A stretch of DNA of 64,000 nucleotides from Amoebophrya sp. A120 (GCA_905178155.1 CAJINV010000004.1:4195555-4259554), one strand, 5' to 3'. Counted from the first letter of the stretch, positions 11,301-25,557 are shown. Numbers and translations are program-made. The notes: generated by a model from the sequence alone, not told the origin.

Positions 11301-12888
11301 AAAAAACAAAAAAATCAAAGAGCAACGAAATCAGTAAGAAAAATAAAGAAAAGAAGAAAAAAGAAAGACTGTAGAAAATCTAGAAAAAGCTTAGAAATCT
11401 AGAAAACCTAGAACATCTATGGAGAAGTTAGAAAATGGTCGAGAACCTCTATCAATAGAGGTTCTTTTAGAAGTTCTTGAATATTTTAACTTAAGTGACC
11501 CCATATGTAGAAGATGTGTTGACTGTAAGTGTGTTGACTCGAGCTTTATGCACACAGCATGCTATGCGTGTTCAAGCTCCTCCGCGTTGTTCCATCGATC
11601 CAGATCTTCAGCACAGTAACGATCATACGCTCCTGCTTAGCTTAGTCGTCTCGTCGTCCCATCCTGATTCAGGAACAGAGCGAGTCAATCCATCTTGAAA
11701 CACGACCGGAGTACAGATGTGAATCAGTGCTCCGCTCTGAATCATTCACACCAAAAGATGCGAACTCGACCGCTTTCCGTATGCTGATGAATGTGTTCAG
11801 AATTCCTAACAAAGTGTAAACCCTTCAAACGCTGCAAGTAATAAATCACTTATTTTCACAGAAACCCAAAGTGCCGGACGGGCAGAAGACGGCGCGGGCG
11901 ATTTTCCAGCAGAGTGTCCAGCTGGAAGAGGTGAGCGATGTTGACAACTCCCCGAAGAAGCTTCTAACCGTGGCGTTGTTTGAGAACGACAAACTGATCA
12001 GCAGCGCCCTTCTATCATTTGTAAAAACGTCCCCACCCATAGTCAAGTTGGGAATCTAGCAACACAACTCTCCAAGCTTCGGGAGCTGTGCATGACAAGT
12101 TTCCCTCTGCAGTGTAGTGCTGATTGGCAAGAGGAGGCGCATGAGAAAGCCACTTTCGCATCCTGTTTACAGCATTACAGATTCCAAAACACGATTGGAA
12201 ATTCCTCTCATGGAGCTGCGCATTACAAATGTCCCTGTCGTTGCGCATTTGCATGCCAACTCTGGTGTGGGGACGTTAGTTTTTACTCAGGATACCTTCT
12301 GGAGGACCTGCAGGCGTACAAGAAGGCGTTTGCCACGGTGCAGCTGAAGGACGCGAAGGGGAAGAAGTATCCTGTGCAAAAGTATCGTACTCGTAGTAAA
12401 AATGATCGCAGTCATGCATTACAAATCTGGTTCCATAGGCAAATCCGCATGACAAATTCCATTTGTCATGCTGAGCGAATTTGTATCGCAATCACTACTA
12501 GTACGATACTTTTGCACTGCATAAGAAGTGCGGCTACGCAAATGTTCGATTAGACGATCCGAAGACCGCTATGAAAGTGCACAACTTCTCCCCCTCCCTC
12601 GTTAGTATTGCATGAACAGCAATACAAACACCAGCGCACAGGGAGCCTATGCATGACATCAAATCTATGTACCTAAATGTAGTACTACTGTTTGGGCTTC
12701 CTGAATTATATGATGTCATGCATAATAGTGACCGAACCCCAAGGGAGCAGCTGACATTGTGGATTTTGCATGAGAAATGAGAACGAGGGGGAGTTCCTTC
12801 GTTGTGCACTGTGATAACCGCCGCCACACCCAGTTCCACGGGGAAAACGGAGGAAGAAGAAGCCGAAGAGGAGGCGGAAGAGGAGTAG
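2343..12888 (+). CDS. Multi-exon hypothetical protein: N-terminal coiled-coil-like region, two C2-like beta domains, acidic C-terminus; 5' end uncertain
   Basis: Removing 11 introners and GT-AG introns (including 5969-11861, phase 0) gives a continuous frame ...GQISVRLFRLKKLNYPEVGECDYSLRVGY...DCVIQQQLVLE...LVCEILANGTVIGRT...GLVLRVDKVAEIP...LRTQEQ/KPKVPDGQKTARAIFQQSVQLE...EEEAEEE* (TAG 12886-12888). The C2 call is by pattern only. Confidence 0.65.
2724..2873. mobile_element. Introner family A
   Basis: TIR TATCCTGTGCAAAAGTATCG / CGATGCTTTTGCAGAGGATA; degenerate TSD gcgag/gctcg. Confidence 0.85.
3516..3624. mobile_element. Introner family D (109 bp, nearly complete hairpin)
   Basis: TATCCAGGAAAAAACAACCATCCCCATCC...GGATGGGGATGGTTGTTTTTTTGTGGATA; TSD atgtc. 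Confidence 0.9.
3663..3967. mobile_element. Introner family E
   Basis: TATGGGAGTGTCAGGATTGAAATCG...CGATTTCAACTCTGACACATCCATA; TSD cgacg. Confidence 0.9.
4499..4764. mobile_element. Introner, singleton family
   Basis: TATGCAAGAAAAAGA...TCTTTTTGTCGTGCATA; TSD acctg/gcctg. Confidence 0.75.
4774..4913. mobile_element. Introner family A (opposite orientation to 2724)
   Basis: TATGCATTGCAAAAGTATCG...CGATACTTTTGCACAGTATA; TSD ggttt. Confidence 0.9.
4970..5078. mobile_element. Introner family D
   Basis: Close copy of 3516-3624; TSD gccga. Confidence 0.9.
5224..5540. mobile_element. Introner family E (inverted relative to 3663)
   Basis: TATCAGACTGTCAGGATTGAAATCGACAAAG...CTTTGTCGATTTCAATACCAACACACCCATA; TSD gcacg. 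Confidence 0.9.
5652..5907. mobile_element. Introner family F
   Basis: TATGGACGAGCTCTCAAATGTTACATT...AATGTAACGCTTGAGAACGCCATA; TSD cagca. Confidence 0.85.
6300..10450. repeat. GC-rich satellite-like array of alternating (GC)n and A/T tracts; best-conserved ~185-215 bp unit at ~7250-8450
   Basis: GGGGCTTGTCGAGAAAA...TAGTTTTCTTTTGGCCCGTAGGCGA...CCGCAACCGGGG recurs at about 7271, 7463, 7659, 7844, 8044 and 8258. Confidence 0.85.
10470..10960. repeat. 33-bp tandem minisatellite (about 13-14 copies)
   Basis: Unit GCTGGACTTTCAGCTTCTCGTAGAGCCGGGGAA, head-to-tail with no spacers. Confidence 0.95.
11003..11260. repeat. TCTAGA palindrome microsatellite followed by ~32-bp hairpin repeats
   Basis: (TTTCTAGA)n at 11005-11130; CTCTATTGCAATAGAC / CCTCTATTGTGATAGAGG units at 11150-11245. 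Confidence 0.8.
12013..12294. mobile_element. Introner family C
   Basis: TATCATTTGTAAAAACGTCCCCACCC...GTGGGGACGTTAGTTTTTACTCAGGATA; TSD ccttc. Confidence 0.9.
12368..12523. mobile_element. Introner family A
   Basis: Family A TIRs; TSD agaag. Confidence 0.9.
12570..12816. mobile_element. Introner family B (diverged)
   Basis: TATGAAAGTGCACAAC...GTTGTGCACTGTGATA; TSD accgc. Confidence 0.85.
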
Positions 12889-13785
12889 AAGCTAGAGCTG
12901 GTGCCGTTGGGAGAAGTGAGTGCAAGTGGAACATCAACAGTCGACGGCTCCTCGTCTCCTAGTTGATTTCTTTGAACACCAACTCCAGCGCGCACGACAG
13001 CCTCGTCCTGCCGAGTTGTTGCCTGCTGGGTTGAGTTCGAAAGAAAACAATTACAATTTTCTGAGTCCTTGTTGTACGCAGTAGAGCTGAGAAAATCAAA
13101 AGGAACTTGATGATGGTGCAGAAGTGCAGCGTGTGTTGGTTCGTCGCACTGACAATGTCACCAGTGTCTTCTGGTACTACAACGAAAGTGCTGCAACTAG
13201 GGCTAGTGTATTAAATGTAGTCGTGTAGCGACGATGAAATTAATTTTACGGCATGGTGAAAATCAAAACTAATAACTGCTGATCCTGATGTTCACCATTA
13301 CTCGGGACGAAGAGCCGTGTTCGTATTTGTCTACGAGGACCCTTGTTGTCCTCCATGACGATGGGGATGGCGAGTACGTTGTACTGCAGCCGTCCTGGTT
13401 GTAGTACAACTAGGTCTGGAGAGATGAAACACAGCAGGACCGACGCGTAGTCGTGCTCGTGTCAAAGAAAACAGGTGCTGCGGAGCGCTTGCACTTTATT
13501 TCTAGATAGAACTTCTAGGTGAAGAGTGCGAGGAGAGTTATTGTTCTCAATCATACGATCGCCCGATCATGATGCTCCTTCAAAGTGGTTCAATGAATTA
13601 AACCCAAACATGTCGTGGTCCGTGACTTTATACCAAAGAGTCGTCGTTGTCGTTCACCCCTCGCAAGAACTCTAATTCTTCTGCTTGCTTTCCGTCCCGT
13701 TGGTGTACTAGTCCGACGCTTCGTGGTTCGTGTTGCGTGCCTCTATTAGTGCAGCGGTCCAGCCCGTTGGTTTTCGGCGAAAGAG

Positions 13786-16700
13786 ATGGAGCTGCTTCAC
13801 GTGGGTCACCACATGAGCCTGTTTGCAACCAGTTTCTTCTACGGAGGGGGCGGTGGAGGTCAAGGAGGTATCAACAACAACTATGATTGGCAGCACGCTT
13901 ATTTTTCCGGTCAAGAAGACCTCGCGGTCCACGATCTTCGCCATGATGCAAGTTCGACAACATCATCGCACAGTTCATCCTCATCATCCTCTACTTCGCG
14001 ATACAACGCCAGACAACTCGCGAGCACTACCGCGGGCACCGCTGCGCCACTGCTGACGGAGGCGGACGAAAGTCTGCGGTTGCGGGTGCAAATCCTCTTG
14101 TTCTTCACGTTTATCTATGCATTGCAAAACTATCGTACTAGTATTGCATTACAAATTTTAATTTTTTCTAGAACAAAATAAAATGCAGTTTGTCATGCTA
14201 TACCAGGTAAAAAGTATAGATCTGTGATACACGATTGCAATTAGTACGAGTGCGATGCTTTTGCATTAGATATTATCGCTGCGGGCGTGGGCGTGTACCG
14301 CACCAAATATGCGTCGCTCACCGAAGCAGCCCGGGTCACGTCGACTGCGGTTGAGAAGAATTTCAAATTCACCTACCTTGGTGCGTACCTCCTCGCAATG
14401 CTCGCGGACTGGCTGCAGGTACTAGTGCATCAAACTTTCGGTTTTCATTGTAGTTTGCGGATCATCTGTGAAGCTGAATCCAGATAAAAACAAAAAGTAC
14501 TACACGCAGTTCTTGTCATCTTCTCACACCAGCTGGAGATGGAATAAAGTAGAATGCTGCACAACGAAGTTCAACTTGTTGTACAAGACAGCCACTATCT
14601 ATTACTTTCATTTTTTTACATTCGTTCTTCCATTCGCTCATTACGGCATAATAATTACCACACGACGACCTCCTCCCACTTCTAGGGCCCCTACGTCTAC
14701 GCCTTGTACGCAGCCTACGGATTTTCGCACGAGGACAACTCGCGTCTCTTCATTTTCGGGTTCGGCAGCAGCATGCTGTTCGGCACCTTCATTGGCGGCT
14801 ACGCGGACAAGCACGGCCGGAAAAAGTTCGCGATCCTGTACTGCATCGTGTACGCTCTGTCCTGCTGTACGAAACATTTCAACTCCTTCTTCATGCTCTC
14901 TGTAGGACGCATATGCAATGTAAATTTCCTGTACATGTACAAAATGCATGACAAATTTCGCTACCTTGCAGAGCCCAGCTTGTCATGCTGCACTAGGATT
15001 GGAGGCAAGTTTTGTCATGCAGAAACCACATTTGTACGTGTTACTGTGGATAACGCATCCTCGCGGGCGTGGCCACCAGTCTGCTGTATTCCGTGTTCGA
15101 GTCGTGGGTGGTTTGTGAACACGCGCAACGGGCATTTTCAGATGACGTGCTTGGTATAATGTGTTTAAAAATGTTGAGGAAATCGAAGGCAGTCCACGAC
15201 TTTATTATCCTTTCTGTAGTACCAGAAGTCCTCTTGGTGGTTTGTGAGGTGTGTCACGGATCACGAATACGAAAGTAGACACTACAGTACTTTGTGTGCC
15301 GTCTCGACGTTTTGGGCACGAGCTGATGATTATTTTGGATTTTTCATAGGCGATTCCATCTTGTTCTCGCGTCCATCTGCCGGAGTCGGAGAACTTACAT
15401 ACTACAACCACACCTGCACAATAGTTCCTCGCATCGTCCCTTCAACTTTTGCTTTAATATCCATTCCACAGGTGACATTTTCTCATTGGCGATTTTCGGG
15501 AACAGTTGCGTGGCCATTTCCGTTATCAAGTGCAAAAATGTCTAGGTCTGATGAACGAGTGTAAACTTGTCATGCAGATTTTGCATGACCCATGAGGTCT
15601 GGAATGCGGGACTTAGCATGGCAGACGCTGCGAGGTCTCTGCCATCCCTGTCCTGCATGAGAAACTCCCTCCCAACTTGGTCGAAAGTGGACAGCTTTTG
15701 GCGCTCATGCAACACAGATTTTTGTATGCTTCAGATTTACCATGACAAGGCACCACTTTCCAGACCCAGATATATTTGCAATTCATATCCGCGGGTTTTC
15801 TGGCGCAGTGGGTGTCCGACCTGATGCCGTTCACGAAGGTGACCGAGGTCTTTTACATTGGACAGTACACGAACCCGTTCGACTTTGCCATCGTCATTCT
15901 GCTTTTGTGCGCCGGCTGGGTGCACACGCAATGGTGCGAGAACTACGGATCCTCGAGTCTGGCGGCTACAACTTCTAGCGAGAACAAGGACCTTATCCAA
16001 GAAAAAACTGTGTTAGTGTAGCTTTCTTTGGCTGACAGCATCACAGATTTGCTCTACATGACAGAGAAAACCTGTCATGCCTGGCTTCCAAGGAAAAACA
16101 CACATGAAAAGAGGACTTCATGGCTGTCTGGCATGACAGGCGTAACTCTGTTGCATGTTCTGCATCTACAGAGTTACACGTTGCGCAGTTTTTTTCTTCC
16201 AAAGACCTCGAATCGGTCCCCCAGGACGACAACGCACTGACCCTGGAGGTATGCAATGCAAAAGTATCGTACTCGTAGTATTGCATTACAAATTAGCTCA
16301 GCATGACAAATGATATTTCTGATGCTGATTTAGCTTGAAGAAGAAATCTGTCTTGCATGACTGCGATTAGTACGAGTACGATACTTTTGCACAGGATAGG
16401 AGGAACAGGGCTTGGCCGCACCCGTATCGAATGCAAATGTGTCATCTGGGTCTGGGAGAAAGCAGAGTTTGTCAACTTACTTGGCTTCTAGCATGACGAC
16501 GACTCTCAGCTCATCTGTCCTGCATGATACTTTTTACCAGCAATAAAGAGCCCCACTGTTCTTTCATGACCAAAATCGCACGAAGACGCGGTTTGTCATA
16601 CCGAAGCTACTTGCGCCCGTCAATATAAGGTTTATTCCTTCGTCCTGATTCTCCATCGATTTCGATCTCCAGCCCCCCCGCCGGCATCACAAGTAAGTTT

Positions 16701-19214
16701 CCAGACCCAAACAGCGTCATATTTGCTATGCATAACCGGGCAGCGAGAGCAACGGTGACAAGTCGGACTTCGAGAAAGCGTGGCAACTTTTGAAGGAGGA
16801 TATTCACTGAAAATGAACCCGCCTCCTCCAATTTGTCATGCAGAGCATGCAGTAAAGTAAAGTAGACGCTTGCTATCTATGCAAAAAGTGGATCGTGGGG
16901 ATGGTTAGTTTTCCGGGAATACAGGACCGAAAAATCCAGTCTGTTGCCCTGATGAGCGGGTTTTTTGAGTCCAGTATGTTCATTTTCGTGTTCCTCTGGA
17001 CGCCGGCTATTTTGAAGGCGGACAACGGTGACATACAAACCCCGCCGTTTGGCCTGATGTATCAAACAAAAAAGTGTTAACGTTAACGGTTTTGCTGGAT
17101 TGCAAGTATGCATGACAAATTTTGCCTAGCGCTAGCATGCATGCTACGCATGACAAATTCGGTTACTTAACGTAGTTAACACTTTTTCCTGTGATATGAC
17201 CTTCGCGGTGTTCATGCTGGGATGCATGACGGGCTATCAAAGTGAAAAAAGCCCCCACCCCATAGCAAAATGGAAATTTGTGCCGGTGATTTGTAGACAC
17301 AAATCACGTTGTAATGCTAGAAGGGAAGAGATGCGGACTGTAGTGCTGGCTGGCGCAGGAACGCCTTGCGTCTTCAGCATGACAGAAAGGAACTGGAAAC
17401 GGGAAACAGCATAAGAAACTGCCTCCAAGCGAAGGAACAACTGCGTCTCTTGGTCTTCTAGCAATACAAGTCGATTTTTGTACTCAAATACAGCAACACA
17501 AATTCCGTTTTCGATATGGGGAGGGGGGATTTTTCCTCACAATACGGGCAGCTGCTTCTTCTCGCACGTCACCACACCAACCGAAGCGGGCGGCTGGGGG
17601 TGGGACATCCACCGGTGCGCTTTCTTTCTCTTCGCCGGGTCCGCCGCAAGCCACGCGATCGTGGTGTTTTCGCAGAGCTCCTTCGCCATTCTGTCCGCGT
17701 TTGTCCTGTTTGAGGTGTGCGTCGGGATGTACTTTCCCAGCATGGGCCTGCTCAAGTCCAAGGTCGTGCCGGAATCGTGCCGGTCAACGGTATAATTTCA
17801 GTGTCAGTTGTTTCTGTATAAGCTTAGTCAAGTAGCAATTGAAATTGCACATGCATGTACAGAGGTGACCACGAATTTTTGATAGTTGAAGAAGTTGTGA
17901 GAAGTGCCGTTTAGGTACTGATAACCTGTTCTCGGGCGCAGCTGCAGCTGCAGCGACAGGTGGATCCGTCGGTGGTAGGAGCTGGAACTCCGTGGCGAGA
18001 AGTGTGTCTCGTCCTCGAGCCAGCTGATCTCAAAGCGACACTAGTCAATACAGGTTGATTGTGCTAGAATGAAATTAAAATTTTGAAATTTCGTCGATTT
18101 CGCTGATCGTTAAAAATAAAATTTTGAAAATTCGCGGATTTCACTGATCGTTAAAAATAAAATTTTGAAAATTCGCGGATTTCACTGATCGTTAAAAATA
18201 AAATTTTGAAAATTCGCGGATTTGTCGTCTCCGACGCCGATGCTTTTTACCTTCAAGATTTGAATTTCTTTTGATCGCCATACAATTTCCACCCTCAATG
18301 AAAATAAAATTTTAAAATTTCGCGGATTTGCTCTCTCTTTTATGTTCCGTGTGTGTTGGTCATTGCCTTACGTGCCATGAGTGAGCACACATATGGGTCC
18401 TCTAGGCGCTCATGTAGACATTTGGTTGTGCTATAGTTTTTCTACGTCAATAAAAATAAAATTTTAAAATTTCGCGGATTTGTCCTTCTCCGAGAGCTCT
18501 ATTCATTCCGTCCTCATGGTAAGGAGAAGTGGTTTTTTAGGCTTCTCCGTTGCGCCGGCCGGCCCCCTCGTCGTCGGCGCCGGGTCGACCCAATTGGGTG
18601 GTGGAAACGCATGTTGTTGTTAGAGCGTCGCGTCGTGTGCTGCAGTACGTAGGTCAATGCAAAAGGCCGGCGCCAACGAAAATAGAACACGTCGTGTAAC
18701 CGGACTATTTAAGTACATCTAAATTGGTGCTACAATAGAACTGCGTTTTAGTGTATTAGCAGGTGTACTACAGCATGCTATTATAACCCATGATTCGAAC
18801 AACAGTTGTACAACTTTTTCCGCGTGCCGCTGAACTTCATCGTTTGTTGCGTGTTGTTGTCGAACGTGCCGGTCAAATTGGGCTTCATTTTCACGACCGC
18901 ATTGTTGTTCTGCTGCATCTACCTCCTCTACCGCATGGGTGATGTGGAAGGAATTACCAGCGCGGGCTCGCCTCTGGAAGCGGGGGAAGCGACGCAAAAG
19001 GAGCAGATTATCGGGAATGCCGACCTGGAAGAGGGAAATCCGATTGCGGGAGGGTATATGCACTGCAAAAGTATCGTACTCGTAGTATTGCATTACAAAT
19101 TAGCTCAGCATGACAAATGGAATTTCTCATGCTGATTTAGCTTGAAGAAGAAATCTGTCTTGCATGACTGCGATTAGTACGAGGAGTGCGATACTTTTGC
19201 ACAGGATAGGGTAG
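13786..19214 (+). CDS. MFSD5: MFS transporter, MFSD5/MOT2 (molybdate-anion transporter) family
   Basis: Spliced motifs ADWLQ/GPYVYALY, FIFGFGSSMLFGTFIGGYADKHGRKK, GRILAGVATSLLYSVFESW, WCENYG, FESSMFIFVFLWTP, FEVCVGMYFPSMG, LYNFFRVPLN; 10 introners plus GT-AG introns. Confidence 0.9.
14116..14272. mobile_element. Introner family A
   Basis: TATGCATTGCAAAACTATCG...CGATGCTTTTGCATTAGATA; TSD ttatc. Confidence 0.9.
14912..15052. mobile_element. Introner, singleton family
   Basis: TAT...ATA ends, weak TIR; TSD acgca; removal restores GRILAG. Confidence 0.85.
15524..15787. mobile_element. Introner family G
   Basis: TATCAAGTGCAAAAATGTCTAGGTCTG...CAGACCCAGATATATTTGCAATTCATA; TSD tccgt/tccgc. Confidence 0.85.
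15994..16203. mobile_element. Introner, singleton family (3' end mutated to AAA)
   Basis: TATCCAAGAAAAAACTG...CAGTTTTTTTCTTCCAAA; TSD gacct. Confidence 0.8.
16250..16398. mobile_element. Introner family A
   Basis: Family A TIRs; TSD ggagg; nearly identical to 19057-19208. Confidence 0.9.
16425..16734. mobile_element. Introner family G (diverged)
   Basis: TATCGAATGCAAAT...CTGGGTCTGG / CCAGACCCA...ATTTGCTATGCATA; TSD acccg/accgg. Confidence 0.8.
16801..16921. mobile_element. Introner, singleton family
   Basis: TATTCACTGAAAA...TTTTCCGGGAATA; TSD gagga/cagga. Confidence 0.75.
17060..17196. mobile_element. Introner, singleton family
   Basis: TATCAAACAAAAAAGTGTTAAC...GTTAACACTTTTTCCTGTGATA; TSD tgatg/tgacc. 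Confidence 0.8.
17235..17544. mobile_element. Introner, family C-like ends
   Basis: TATCAAAGTGAAAAAAGCCCCCACCCC...GGGGAGGGGGGATTTTTCCTCACAATA; TSD cgggc. Confidence 0.85.
18071..18223. repeat. 41-bp AT-rich tandem repeat (~3.8 copies) in intron 17790-18805, plus partial copies at ~18301 and ~18452
   Basis: Unit TAAAAATAAAATTTTGAAAATTCGCGGATTTCACTGATCGT at 18111, 18152 and 18193. Confidence 0.9.
19057..19208. mobile_element. Introner family A inserted at the stop codon
   Basis: TSD gggta; removal gives GGA GGG TAG. Confidence 0.9.
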
Positions 19215-20233
19215 GCGAAAAAATGGTCGTGCGCGGTCAGTAGTAGTACACTTCTCATTTTGCGCAGAGTCTGTCTTCAGCTTCACCGGCAGATGTAGTA
19301 GAGTATTGTTGGCGGGCGGGTACAATAAGTAAAAACGGAAACTGTATATGCAAATAATAGCAAACGCTAACAACGCTAACGAAGGAAGGTAAAAAAGCGA
19401 AGCACTTTTTTCTTTTCCCGCACGAGAATGCCAATTTCCCAATGTTGAAAGAATCGACGCAGTGGTTACAACACTGACTGTGCTGCCGAAAAAGCTCCGA
19501 TCGATTGATACTTCTGCTAGCCTCGACAAACAACAAGCACTTTTTCTATGTACACGTTGAACACATAATAATATTAGCTTCGGCATCGGCTCCACTGCCA
19601 CTACCACTGAAAACTCTTTCTTGAGGAGCATGATGCTGGGTATCGTATTGACTCAATTGGAATTACTCATTTTGTTGAGCCGCGCCTTGAACTGACCGGC
19701 GAGAACCGGAACGCTGCGCGGCAGCTGCGCTCCATCTCACGTTGACGACTACGCAGAATAAAATCCATCAGCATCAGGCGTGCTGGTCAACCAAAAAGCT
19801 CTACTAACTTACGAACGCGAGCTGACATGTACGTTTTTCATTGACTAGTGGCATGGTCTTTGTTCTAGAACGACTTGGTGTTCATCAGCACGTATTTTGC
19901 TCATGCAGCCGTGTAACTGTAGTACACAGTGAACGAATAAAAAACGACCACGACGATGAAGTCCACGACCGTAACAAGGCTACTTTCCCCGTTAGCAAAT
20001 TGAGACGAGCAGCGGGTAGTGATACGGATGTCTCAAACTAAGGTGGACGAGAGCATCTTCACTGAGCAGGGCCTCCAGGAGAGGAGTTAGTACAGTGACT
20101 GTTCCTCGACCGTGGGAGGAGTGACAACATGATGATCTGTGGGAATAGAAGTAGTTTTGGAAACAGTGGCACTCAGAACAGGTGGAAACGAGTGCTTCGA
20201 GAAGTAGAAACCACAACTTTCTACATCTTCACT

Positions 20234-20656
20234 ATGTCCTGCTTTATCGGGCTCTTCGACACTTTTCGGGAGTGCTTCAATCCGAAAAGCATAACGGGCG
20301 GCCGCGACGTGCACGCGGCGTACTACGAGCGCGTACTGATGGCACCACCAAAGGGCACCCCAACGACGGCCACAAAGGTACATAACAAGATACAATGTCT
20401 TTCTAGAATATGAATTCCTCTGGTGCCCGCATATATATTGAACTTTTTTTTCATTTGCAATATTGCAACTGCTGTGGTTGATCCGTAGAAAGATTTAGGG
20501 AGTGTACTATGTGAATGTGCGCGCCAAGATGCTGCCATCATGCAACGCAGCTGCAAGTTTTTTTGTTTTGTTCAAACTTCGCCTTAGAAGTTGTACCTAC
20601 TTTTACTTATCCCACGACAGGCCTACTCTTCGGGGGGTGCTCCAGAGAAGAAGTGA
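20234..20656 (+). CDS. Putative 59-aa micro-protein paralogous to the N-terminal extension of the adjacent MDH (exons 20234-20377, 20621-20656)
   Basis: MSCFIGLFDTFRECFNPKSITGGRDVHAAYYERVL vs [37 protein letters not shown]; AAG/GTAC donor, ACAG acceptor, then AYSSGGAPEKK*. Confidence 0.6.
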
Positions 20657-21501
20657 ATTGACGCTGATGTTGAAGATGATGTTGCTACATTATTATTACA
20701 CGCGGACGGGTGATGGAAAATCCTCTCAAAAATCTTCCTATTTCCTTACCAGCAGTCCCAGTTTTTTGATCGGCTGAAAGAAGAAAAACGGAGACGAGTC
20801 TTTCTCTTTGACGTTAATATGAATATGTGACTTTTTGTTTCCGCTCCACTTGAAAGACGCACATTTAGTGCGTGTGAAGAGAGAAATAACTACGTGCATC
20901 TCTTCTACGAGTTCCCGCCGTGTTCAACATTCCGCGAATCTTCGTGTGATTCTGGGCTGGAGGTGTGGTTTGTTTCATGTTCTTTTGAGCGATTCTTTGG
21001 TCTAGTAATAAATCCCTGTAGCATCTCGTATGGAAGAGCTTTCTGTGTTTTTTCATTGATGCTGTGTTTCTTGTTTTTTGTGGCTTTGTTTCTTCGAAAG
21101 ACGAAAGTGGTATCTTCCAGACGGATGTCCTCATAGGCACGGTTTACAAACCATGGTTCGCTAGAAGTAGAATTTGGAAGTGAACAAGTATCTCGAGTAT
21201 TTGCTTAGAACGTCCACCTGCTTCCACACCACCGGGTTAGATTTACCGTAGAAAGATGATGACTTAGATCTGGCCCACCTACATTTGCCAACGCAAACTT
21301 CTGTCCGTATCAGCGACATACTCAATGTAAACAAAAGAACTGTACGTCCTCATTTCTACCCCGACAAAGAAGGAAAAGCAGTCCTATCTTGTTCTTCACA
21401 TATCACGGCATTAGAAGCAGAAACAAGAAACCAGTCGCGTGCAACAAGGCCCCGCGTTTTTCTTCGTCCCCCGACGTTCAAAGTAGATAAAGTTATCGAA
21501 A

Positions 21502-24042
<2,541 letters not shown>

Positions 24043-25557
24043 AGGAGTTTTTACAACCCGTGGGGAGTAAGTCCGGGAGAATGAATATGAATGTCTGAAA
24101 ATGTGATGAATGACGACACTGTCTGTGTCTAAATCAGATTCTTCGACTGACTCCTTGTACAGTCACGTTCGTAAGTGACTTTTTTACGACTTGCGGCACC
24201 AGGTCAACATTACTTTGGAACACTTCGCAAGGATACCGCTAAGAGAACAATCTAAACACTTCTATCATCATGAAAGGGATATTTATCAGGATAAACAAGG
24301 CATCTAAGCTCTCCGCATCAAATAGCGTTCTAAGGATGACGCTGCAACGCTTAAGGAATTCAAGGGAAAAACATACGTATCGATTTTTCATCGAAGGTCA
24401 TTACAAGGAAAAATGGCGCCATAATTGTGTTGATTTTACAGCATAGTTTCACCGAAATAAGCGAGTATACTTTTTGAACGGGTATGCGACCATCTTTTGC
24501 AAGATGGAAGATCTCCTTTGTTGCCATCTTTCTGTCCTCGTCCTTGAATATTTTCCGTGGTTTATTTTCAGCGCGGTGTGTCTGTCAGGCACAGGCTCAG
24601 GAGGTATTTGCAGATTCATGCGCAACTGGATTACCGTGTGTAAACATGAAGGAGGACGGGGATAGACATGGGCAGAGCAAAGAAAGAGCAACCGGAACGG
24701 CATCGTAAAAAGCCTCTGAATATGAAGGCTGACATACTCCAAAGAACAACTTACAGGAAAACCGCACAGAGTGAACGAAAAAGCTCGACAAGCACATATA
24801 CCGACCATTAACACCGGTATTGGAATTGAATAAAGCAGGGAGTTCTTCAGCGTTATGTAGTGTCCTGCAGCTGTTAATGATATGAGTTGAACCGTTTCTC
24901 CTGGCGCAGTCGATGATGTCCCTCCAGTTGGTGATCATGGTTAAGATCAAGAACTACTCTTTTGTGAAGGTTCCAGCGCCACCAGCAGCTAGATCCATCA
25001 TCGCAAGCTGTACAACTCCCCGACAGCCAAGAGTAGGGTGTCGTCTTCAGATCCTCCTCAAAGTAGATTATGCCAGTCTAGTACTAGGAGTTCTCCTTCT
25101 CGTTTTTCGCACTACATTTGGCGTCGTCATGGGTGATCATTCGTACAACTCACGAACAAGCAGAGGTGATGAAGAGAGAGCTTGTTGTACTAGTAGGGCT
25201 TCTTCATGTACAATAGACCATCCCCAGCTCGGCTAGTCGTCTCCAGAACTATGTCCTATAGTTAAGCTTAAGACAGAAGTAGCTTAGTAGTTAGAAGCTG
25301 ACTATAGAGGTTTCCTCCTCCTCCTCATGTACAATAGACCATAACGGACAGCGACAGCAAGGGCGTATGAGCGTTTTCTGTGCGAATATTTCTTGAGCCA
25401 GCAACTCTTACAAGTCCAACGCGAACCCAACTGGCTGTGGCAGATTTACGAAAATTTACCCGTGATATGCGAAGCGTTGGATTGATCACTAGCACCAAGT
25501 AGTCAGCATCTGTAGCAGCAGCAGAACCACGATCTTAATTTCACGACCCGGCAACTC

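Larger units (their letters stand above)
6046..11487. mobile_element. Putative ~5.4 kb degenerate TIR element filling the large intron of gene 1
   Basis: 6046-6120 (AAAATATTATAGAACTTCTAAAA...CTCATAGATGTTCT) is an imperfect reverse complement of 11410-11487 (AGAACATCTATGGAG...TTTTAGAAGTTCTTGAATATTTT); no transposase recognised. Confidence 0.5.
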
